DNA of 62,450 nucleotides, the filler included, from Stramenopiles sp. TOSAG23-3 (Eukaryota): the NCBI GenBank assembly GCA_900128585.1. It is 8 parts of 8 records of this genome, joined end to end, with 100 filler letters (N's around TTAATTAATTAA, not from the genome) between each part and the next. Parts side by side here need not be neighbours in the genome. Positions count along the whole stretch, not along the records: positions 22,887 to 34,211 come from LT642745.1; positions 34,312 to 45,614 come from LT642746.1; 6 more parts are not named here. One strand, 5' to 3'. The position numbers were made by a program, and so were the translations under genes. The notes beneath the pieces are model-generated. The model ran no database searches. It was given only the letters and a program-made list of their open reading frames with translations, and was not told where the DNA came from. Each line of letters begins with the position of its first letter. Position 1 is the first letter of the stretch. This document shows positions 26,193-34,934 of this stretch, piece after piece.

Positions 26193-27839
26193 ATGATGCG
26201 ATCGTATCAGCTTTTGTTTTTCGTCCTGGTCGTTGACCGCTTGCTTGGCAATGGCGAGTCTTCAAACGGGACGTTCTCATCCTCACAGATGTTTTTGGAC
26301 ACACCTGCCAATGCAGTAGGGTTTAGCGTCCAGCGAGTAGCATCGATTGCGCCTGGAGGCATGGTCACTAATTTCCTCTACGCTAATTTGTACGCTCCGG
26401 TGGATGCACACGCACTGAACAGGTTAGGGAAAAAGTACTTCGAAAACAATTTAATGTTGGTGTGCCCGGAAACCAAAGACTTTCCCTCCCACGCAATTTT
26501 AGACTCACGGCCAAGGTTCTACGCCGATAGAGGCGAAAACAGGTACAACTACATGCCGCTGAAACTCCCAAAATACTTAATTCCGGCAACTGACAGTACA
26601 AATCCAGCGCACGTCAAGGGCGACTCCGAAATCGTTTCCTTCTTGCGTCGTCATGCTGAAACGAAGCAGCACGCCAATGAAGCAAACCATGCACACTTTA
26701 TAATACTATTAGAAGCACAAGAGCGTTTTTTGAGTGCAGGCTCTTTCGCTGAACACTTGCACACTAATAAGGGTGGGAACGTATTTGTCCACACATCATT
26801 CATCACTAAACGCCGGCTGCATACCTGCCAGGTTTCTTTGAAGCCCAAACAAACCACCAAGGCGACCGGGGGTGCAGGGATGACAGACAAAGCTTCATTC
26901 CCTGCAAGCACCGCCCTTCCGTTGAAGGAAATAGAAACTGTTAGAGAAAACGGCAAAGGAAGCAGAAAGCTGGGGCTCTCCACGTACCAGCTTCAAAACA
27001 TAACAACGAGCCGAATGGACATTCGAGAACAGACTTTGGAGTTGTTCGAGCATGGTGTTAACGAAGAAGCGGAAACAGACGAGACTTACGACAGCAGTGC
27101 ACCGCATATTAAGGAACGATGCACGTTTGATCATTCGACACTTTTAGAAACCGACAACAGCGAAGCGGACGGCATCATGAGTGTCCTTGGGGTTCCCATG
27201 CTGGCCGATGTAATTAAAGGCAAACTTTTAGGTTTCATACCCAACTTCGTAGAAGTTACTGGAGGATCCATTGGAGACGCAAGCGTTGACTCGCTGGCTA
27301 ACTCGGCTGCGCCACAAATGGACATGCAGCAAACGAAATCTATTGGGGGAGAACTGGTGAGGATGTTGACACCGCACTTATCCGAGACATTGGTGCCCCC
27401 ACTGCTGGAGACAATAACAGATTCTACTTCCGAATCAGCGGTGGAATTGATACAGATATTTATGACAAAGACGTTGTCTCCTCGATTGGCTCGAGCCATG
27501 ACTGTGGCGATAAATGAAGCTGTCGTGACCGAGACTCCTGACAAAATAATAGACCACGTTCCGCTACACACTGCACGCTTGCTGACCAAATCGCTTACGC
27601 ACATTCTGTCCCGATCGTTGACGCATGCAATTGTCCCTAGTCTTTTGCACACCGTTTCTCACAACCCACTCCAAGATTTTTATTGCTACTACTGTTACAA
27701 ACACAAAACATATTGCCAGTACTGCAACTACGGACCGTCGCAAGTTTACTACGCGCTCTATTACGCGGGCTTCTACACAAATTATTACAGCGACTACTAC
27801 AGTACCGCAATGCTCAAGCATATGGGCACCAGCGAGTGA
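26193..27839 (+). CDS. Hypothetical secreted protein with helical S/T/L-rich region and Tyr/Cys-rich C-terminal motif
   Basis: 548-aa ORF with coding-like GC between AT-rich spacers; N-terminal hydrophobic stretch; tail YCYYCYKHKTYCQYCNYG..YYALYYAGFYTNYYSDYY. Confidence 0.75.
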   Translation: MMRSYQLLFFVLVVDRLLGNGESSNGTFSSSQMFLDTPANAVGFSVQRVASIAPGGMVTNFLYANLYAPVDAHALNRLGKKYFENNLMLVCPETKDFPSHAILDSRPRFYADRGENRYNYMPLKLPKYLIPATDSTNPAHVKGDSEIVSFLRRHAETKQHANEANHAHFIILLEAQERFLSAGSFAEHLHTNKGGNVFVHTSFITKRRLHTCQVSLKPKQTTKATGGAGMTDKASFPASTALPLKEIETVRENGKGSRKLGLSTYQLQNITTSRMDIREQTLELFEHGVNEEAETDETYDSSAPHIKERCTFDHSTLLETDNSEADGIMSVLGVPMLADVIKGKLLGFIPNFVEVTGGSIGDASVDSLANSAAPQMDMQQTKSIGGELVRMLTPHLSETLVPPLLETITDSTSESAVELIQIFMTKTLSPRLARAMTVAINEAVVTETPDKIIDHVPLHTARLLTKSLTHILSRSLTHAIVPSLLHTVSHNPLQDFYCYYCYKHKTYCQYCNYGPSQVYYALYYAGFYTNYYSDYYSTAMLKHMGTSE

Positions 27840-28171
27840 AAACCACAATGGCGACGAAAACGATAAAATGCATTTTTGGGCGCGGCGATGGCCTCTTCTA
27901 ATTATTTTATTTTTCAAAAATAAAAATAAAAGAAATTCTTAAACATATGATACACACTTTGTGTCGACTCGATGATATTTTAAAAAATATCAGTGTACAA
28001 TGTCAATGCATTATTTACTAAAATTCTTAAAATATATGGTTTGTAGAAAAACAAATTAATCAGATTTACTCATACAGCTTTGGCACTAAACATCATGTGG
28101 TATAATACCAGCGACTGGCAGACAGTTTAAACTTGTTGTAAATTACTTTCTACTTTGTACTCTCACTTCAC

Positions 28172-30124
28172 TCACTCCCCATCCAAATTGTCAGAACGTC
28201 TCACATACGTGCACATGTCATTTACCAAAGGGGCTTCATGCCGCAGTCTATTGTAAAACACTTCAAACTGCTCGTCTGGCAAACCGGCGTATTGTGAATG
28301 TACCTCTCCGTTATATACAACAATAATTGTTGGGCACTGGTCAACAATGTAACCGTGGGATGCCAAGAAATCTGGAAACACGGACAAATCTACAGCACCA
28401 AAGATGCACCGGTGAACGGAACCTTCCGAGCCCCTGGTAGTACCCTGTTTCGACAAGTCCGCGCAACCGCTCTCCATGATTTTCTCAAAAATACGTCTGA
28501 TACTGGTCGCACCGTCACGATCATGCACCGCATGCTCTTCCAACCATGCCATTGTCGCCCACCCAGTGGTGCATAAAATAAACCCAACTGATGGACTTTC
28601 ACTGTTGGTTGTCTCGTGCCCACTGCTGCGAACTAATTTGGTTTCGTTCATGAAGGCATCAAAATTGTCCTCAGAGGAGATAATTGCCGGGGTATTCGAT
28701 TCATGCCCCCAGTGTTCTGGAAATGGTCGCTCAGACCAAAACTTTATGCCATACTGCTGACGCATTGCCATTGCACGCTTTGTTCTTCCATTGGTGCTTG
28801 TCCGGTGAACCACGTCCATCAAAGTGGTGTTCCATGGATCAAGCTCCGACCCAAGTGTCCACATTTTCTGGGCCTTTTCAACGTTCTTTGGTACACCAAA
28901 ACCATTGTGCAAGTGGATTCCAGCCCTCAGCAGACAGCGCGCTTGGCCAATGGTATCTCCGCCTAACATTTGGTGAAGCAGCTGCCGCCCGCACCCGTAA
29001 AGCAACGGGGGAGAACTGCCACTAACTCGGGCAGACGTATCGTAATCCATCTGCGGTTCAATCAAATTTTCATGACTAAAAAACCATTCTTTATCATCGA
29101 ACAAATAAAGCCTTGCACTTTGGTTTCGCATGATGTCACCATCCTTGCCGATACCATCCTGCTCCACGCTAGACCCATCATCGGGAATCGATAGGGAATT
29201 CTCGTTGTCACCCTTTCCGTTACTTTCAGCCCGGGCACCCAGGGGCGACATTCCGTCTACGGACTCTGCGTCAAATTCTAGTTTAGGTTCAAAGTACAAT
29301 TCGTGCGGTAAAGTGCGCAAATACCAGGATAGTGCTGTATTCGGCTGGGGACCAGAGCCATGCGCTTGGCTGTAGCTTCTGGCCGTTTTAATACCCCCAG
29401 CATCGTCGCCCGCCACAAACATGGCCCAACAATCTTTTTCGTGTAGAGCAGGTTGTAGGTACTTTCGGGCTGTGCTTATGTCTGGCACAATGCTTAACGT
29501 CTTGTCGCCAAACCTATACCTTTGGGACATGTAAATTCGAGCACCATTGTGACCAAGGTCGCATGCCCTGTGCAATAAGTCCAATGCGCCTTCAGGATCA
29601 ATGGGAATGTCGTAGAACTGACTACCTACCTTCTTCAGGTACGCCAAAAAGAGCAGGGCGTCTCCTTGGTCCAACTCTGCTGCAACTTCAAAATAATGTA
29701 GGCGAGACTTGTCCGTCCTCACTCTCCCAAGCCCACTAGGACTCCTGTTCAACGCATCTAGTCTATTTTTATGCACATCTATTTCCGGCCCGGGCACCCA
29801 TTGTGCAAGTTCACTAGTCCTCGGCTCGGGCAAACTGCCCAGTTTGCGTTTCGTGGAGGTATCTTGGACGAAGCCCAACACCCCCAAAGTGTACGACGCA
29901 TTTGCATGGTAGCTTATTTCCTCCGGGGTTGATTTGCCTTTCGTGACGTCATATACTTGTTCAAAAAATACCTGCGCGCGCTGTATACCACGTTGTAACC
30001 GAAGGGATGTCTTCGTCACTGGGTTCACAACGTCTGCAATCGCCAGTTCCCCAAACACAGTCAACGCAGCAGGGCAGTTTTGCTGCGCCTTTTTCAGCAG
30101 AGAGGACTTCATCACGAGTAACAC
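28172..30124 (-). CDS. Sel1-like repeat protein with C-terminal thioredoxin-like (no CxxC) domain; start uncertain
   Basis: YFEVAAELDQGDA, LLHRACDLGHNGA..RYRFG, NGFGVPKNVEKAQKMW; C-terminal FGAVD....LASHGYIVDQCPTIIVVYNG. Confidence 0.7.
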   Translation of the reverse strand: MLLVMKSSLLKKAQQNCPAALTVFGELAIADVVNPVTKTSLRLQRGIQRAQVFFEQVYDVTKGKSTPEEISYHANASYTLGVLGFVQDTSTKRKLGSLPEPRTSELAQWVPGPEIDVHKNRLDALNRSPSGLGRVRTDKSRLHYFEVAAELDQGDALLFLAYLKKVGSQFYDIPIDPEGALDLLHRACDLGHNGARIYMSQRYRFGDKTLSIVPDISTARKYLQPALHEKDCWAMFVAGDDAGGIKTARSYSQAHGSGPQPNTALSWYLRTLPHELYFEPKLEFDAESVDGMSPLGARAESNGKGDNENSLSIPDDGSSVEQDGIGKDGDIMRNQSARLYLFDDKEWFFSHENLIEPQMDYDTSARVSGSSPPLLYGCGRQLLHQMLGGDTIGQARCLLRAGIHLHNGFGVPKNVEKAQKMWTLGSELDPWNTTLMDVVHRTSTNGRTKRAMAMRQQYGIKFWSERPFPEHWGHESNTPAIISSEDNFDAFMNETKLVRSSGHETTNSESPSVGFILCTTGWATMAWLEEHAVHDRDGATSIRRIFEKIMESGCADLSKQGTTRGSEGSVHRCIFGAVDLSVFPDFLASHGYIVDQCPTIIVVYNGEVHSQYAGLPDEQFEVFYNRLRHEAPLVNDMCTYVRRSDNLDGE

Positions 30125-31108
30125 TTCAGGCTAGCATGCAGAATTTGCTGCCGCTCAAACGAGTGTGCCGTGCCGTTAACGCCTTCACCGTATCTATTCC
30201 TTGCAGTTTACAGTTTTAATGATGCATCAAAATAAGAATCCAATATATTCCTTTATCTTCTATAGTACATCTCGATCGATCGAATCTTCCGTCAGTAGAC
30301 GAGACGATCATTCGGTGGTCAAGAAATAATTATAATATAAATAAAATAAGAATAAAAAAATTATTATAGGAGGGGAATTCCTTCCTGCTGTTCCGTGTTT
30401 TAATATAGTTGTCCTCGTATTCTGCCACTCACTTGTTGTTGTTGTTGTGGTAGTAGAGTACGTAGAATTTACCAATAATACTTTTAAAACCAAATACTTA
30501 TGCTGTGTTTATGTTAACAAAATAATTTAATATGTGATCGATCAGAAAGAAGAACCACCAGAAAAAACAAAAAGACCAAAAAAAAAAAAAGCGATTATGA
30601 CATTCGTAGACACTATTATTTAAATTATAATAAGTACGAACAAAAAAGTATCTATAGTGTTACATTCGTACATGAAGAGAATATTCAAGTACGATATTTT
30701 TTTGATTCTTCTTCCTCTTTTCTAAAATTTCATTCACACACACAGCATCATTCACACACACAGCATCATTCTGTGTACTCGTATTCACTCGTAGGCCAGT
30801 TTTGTATTATAAATAGGAGAGGGAGGAGGGAGGTGGTGTATTATTATTTATATATTTATTTTTTTATATCGGTGGGTCGGTGTGCTCACAGTTAATTAAT
30901 CATCTTGAAAAAAAAAAGAAACGATTTTTTTAGTTTTGTTTTATTAGGTAACTTTTCAGCGAGATGTTCATTTTCATGTACTTTGGTTCATTACATATAG
31001 GTCCAAAAAGAAAAATATTGAAACCAGGGAAAGAACAAATCTAATTTCCCAACAACGTCTGAATACAGTTTTTTCTCCAGCCCGTTACATTCTTACAACA
31101 AACCAATC

Positions 31109-33078
31109 ATGGACCCACAGTTGCCCGGCGACGGAGTTGAAAATGACCACTACATCCCTCATTCCCACTTTGATGATTACAGCTCTGATCTTGCCGCTTA
31201 TTTTGAACTTGTTGAAAAAGAGATGATCGAGATCAGCGAGGACGAGGAGTATGTCAAGGATCTGATTAGGAAACAGAATTTGACGACCGCTGAAGAAGAC
31301 GAATCGGAAAACAATTTCCAACGGGAGCACGAGTTAACCTTCGACAGTCACCTTGAGACCGATGACAACAAACGTGTTTCTGGGATCCAGGAATTTATTG
31401 AAACAACATTAAAAGTCAAGTTCAAGCCTTTAAAAACCCACCTCTTTGGCCAGCTGGACATTGAAGCGGTCTTGCAGGACGTTTTGCAAAAATCCCGATG
31501 GTATGCATTGAATGAAGTCCGGCGGATGTTTGAAGAGCCTATCAAGAATACCATCCAGGCAACGCTGGAAAATATTGAAGCAACCGATGATTTCGAAAGG
31601 AACGATGCAAGCTCAGCGCAGGATACCAGCAATGGCCTTCAGGCTCTGGTCGCTTCCGCTGTGGAAGCATTTTGGGTTCATCAGTTAGTAATATTCAAGG
31701 AGGTTATTGATGCACATGTAAGTAGACCCCTACATTCTCTCGCTGCTCGTTCAACGTAGTTTAACATCAAAAATCCCACACAGTTTGACAACATGATCGG
31801 AGAAAAACATTTGCTTGCCGAGGAGCTTTTTAGCTTAATGGACGAGAACATGGACGGAAAGGTTACTTTCAAAGAATTTCTGCACGTGTTTACCAAGGAG
31901 ATGACGAAGGTGTTACCTTCTGCCGTATTCTTTGCTAACGCAGACCGGCGCATACAGAAAGTATCGTGGCACGCCAGGGCATCGAAAGCCCAGCTTGTAT
32001 TTCATCTCTCCGCTTTGTACTTTAAAACTCTGTAAGTTCCCTAGTTCGTATTCAACGGCTACAATGTACAATCGCTAACCAATTCGTGTTTTAAAAAAAA
32101 TAATACAGGGGACAAAAAATTAAAACAACTTTGCAAATGAACTGTCAGTCGTCTTCTTCACGTACACCAGAGCATGAAAAACCCAACGGTAAGTGCAGGT
32201 CCTGGCTGTTGCTGAATGGGGCATCGGCAAGCCATGGACTTCGAAAGTTTCTAATGTATTTGCAACGAGCATACGAAGTGCGCGGAATGGAATTGTCAGG
32301 GTTATGGAAAATAATATGGAACAGACAATTTACACAAACTAAACTTACGAGCAAAAGCGCGGCCCCGATGGCAACTGTGCTAGGGGACGTCGATGCAATA
32401 CCATTGTACGTCGACAAATCTTTCATATTGTTGACGACTGGAGCAAAGATTACGCGCAGTAACTTAAACGTGCTGTACGACGACATTGACCAAGATTATT
32501 TCAAAGACGATGCTGGCATACATTATCACGAATTTTGTATATTTTTGATGCTCTATTTGAATCAAATGAAATCCTTCATGTTCAAGCTCCTGATTGCTGT
32601 AATGGAAGCTAATTTACGCGACATTGTCCGGAAACAATTGTTGAGCGTTGGCAATCGCGCAGAGCTACTGCATGATTTGTTTCGTCGTCTCCGTCTTCCC
32701 GGCCCCACTCTCTCCGCTAATGACGATAGACTGCGGCTTTCCATCTTCCCTCAAGCGAATGAACGCCCGGTTTGCCACTTCAAATATATGCGGGGGGTTG
32801 CCGCCCGATCGCGTGCCTTCGCTTTTCACCCGGTACTTGCGCATATACATTTCGTCGTAAATGCTTATCCCGTCTTTGTCCCTGCACAATTTGTACGGGT
32901 TCATGACAATCAAGATTTCTCCCGCCCTGGTGTAGATCTGCTGGCTCAGGTAGCGGACCATGATGTTGTTCACAATTGCAGGTTCGTGCAGGTGGTGGAA
33001 ATAGACCATGTCTTCGAGCGGCTTTCGGGTGTTATTTCGTGCCCATATTTTGTCCGTGGTCAAATGGACTGTTTTTGA
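31109..33078 (+). CDS. Spliced EF-hand-containing hypothetical protein; exons ~31109-31717, 31784-31909, 31958-32031, 32109-(~32660/33078); 3' end runs into antisense myosin
   Basis: Introns 31718-31783 (GTAAGT..TTAAC..CAG) and 32032-32108 (GTAAGT..GCTAAC..CAG) join three ORF-track ORFs in frame; 31910-31957 is a probable in-frame intron. EF-hand DENMDGKVTFKEF. Confidence 0.7.
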
Positions 33079-33342
33079 GGGGGAGAACGTGGTTCGGACT
33101 TCAACCGTTCGGTTCGCATTGTCGACGCTGTAGACAGTCGCCGGAATCCACGTGGGCCTGGTGCAGTAGTTCTGAGGCAACAGAGACGCGCGGTATTGGG
33201 AAGACTTTTCTTCGTACACGTTCTCCACCCACACGGGAAACCCTTTGTGAAAGTGCTTGATGGCCATCAACTGACTTTCTCTCCGGGGACTAATTTTAAC
33301 CGCCGAACGGTCCACAGTGTTCCTTTTAATACGAAATGACAT
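32665..33342 (-). pseudogene. Truncated myosin (N-terminal SH3-like region plus start of motor domain)
   Basis: EDMVYFHHLHEPAIVNNIMVRY..QIYT..ILIVMNPYK, PPHIFEVANRAF, QSIVISGESGAGKTETTKQIMQ, then TAG; the rest of the motor domain is absent. Confidence 0.85.
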
Positions 33343-34397
33343 CCTGATAGACGAAGCGTTTACTTGAATGCAATTGGAAATGACTCCAGCTTCTCGTCGC
33401 AGATCTTCAGGAAAGAAATTATAAAGCAGTGCGTACGTCTGAACGAAACGAGGAGAAAGACTTCGACCTTGGAGAAGGTAGTATTGTAATTTTTCAGTTA
33501 TAATTAATAAAAGAAAGGTTAAAGTAATTTTTAATGAAGGAAAGCCATATCATCATCACACCGGATAAAAAAGTTATTTAAAAAAATATCATACTATAAC
33601 CATCCTATTCCATACCTTAGATAAGAATCTCTGTCTTGTTTCATTTATACTATCAGAGACAAAGCTTTACTCTATCTATGTAAATACAATATCCTATTTT
33701 GGAGGAAGTATTAAATACATATAGAATAAGGATTCTAAACGAATGAAAATTAATTTAAATAAAAATGAAAGACAATTATAAAATACTATACCTAAATAGA
33801 ATAGTAAAAATATGGCCCTTTCGTTCGTTCTTCGTTGTTTGTTTCTTTTTTGTTTTTTCCGATTATCTTTTATCGTTTTTCATAGTAGTGCTGTGCTATT
33901 TATTAATGACTAAAGACTTCAGAAATATTCCTTGGTATTTATATATAGTCGTCCGTTCTAGTTTAAATAGTCATTCGTCAATCGATAGATGTTATTTATA
34001 GGGTACGTATTTTTAATTGTACCTGAGTGCTGTGTGGTCTGTATTGTATTTTATTATTAATCCTCATTTTATTGTTTTATGAAGAAGCTAGAAAAGTATA
34101 AGTTAACCTAATAAATTAGTCTACTTAAATATAAAATAACGAAGGAGCGAGAGAAGGAGAAGAGAGAAGAGAGAAGAGAGAGATTTTTTTAATTATCTTA
34201 ATAAAGCTTAANNNNNNNNNNNNNNNNNNNNNNNNNNNNNNNNNNNNNNNNNNNNTTAATTAATTAANNNNNNNNNNNNNNNNNNNNNNNNNNNNNNNNN
34301 NNNNNNNNNNNATATATTTATATCAACAAAATTTAAGTTACGAAAAGTAAGTTACGAATTAAACAATGGAAAGTCCATCTACTAAAACAACTAAAGT

Positions 34398-34632
34398 AAT
34401 GCTATTTGATGTCTTTACATTTTGCCATTTTTTTAATGGCTCCTATTCCAGATACAGGAAATAGCATATTATGCTATTTGATGTACTTAGTTTTTGCCAT
34501 TTTTAAAATTGATACACCTATGCTATTTCCATATGCACTACTTTTTGACATTTTATCCCATGCTATTTCCATATGCACTACTTTTCGAAATATTAGCGCT
34601 TTTTTGCTCAGTATTTTTTTGCTCAGTATTTT
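34398..34632. repeat. Degenerate minisatellite upstream of the Ubl-Dam gene
   Basis: Repeated units atgctatttgatgt x2, atgctatttccatatgcactactttt x2, ttttttgctcagtatt x2. Confidence 0.7.
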
Positions 34633-34934
34633 TTTTTATTTTTATTTTTTCTTTAAGCTTTGAAGTTTTATCTTTCAATATAAACACAGTATAGAAGAAG
34701 AAGAAGAGATCCAGTATTTAACTGCTCAGTATTTTACTCCTCCCCAAAATGTAGTACCCGTACAGGTAGACTGTACCTGGTACCTGTACACCGAGATGAT
34801 TACTTGGTATTATTATTACTATTACACATCCTCATTATTAATTATTTTTAAAATTTTTTATAGTATGTATGAGGAAAAGAAACAAACAGTAACAAAGTTG
34901 TTATCAAAACAAAACAAATCAACTAAAAAACAAA

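Noticed and set aside
31757-31759. In-frame TAG between two ORFs, suggesting stop-codon reassignment (also the myosin TAG at 32665)
   Set aside because: The first lies inside a canonical GT-AG intron, and TAG is used as a normal stop elsewhere (ALG11, kinesin, EGF protein).
34756-34792. Imperfect palindrome gtacaggtagactgtacctggtacctgtac upstream of the Ubl-Dam gene (similar GTAC-rich patch at ~53660)
   Set aside because: Short, with no matching partner defining element ends; function cannot be supported.
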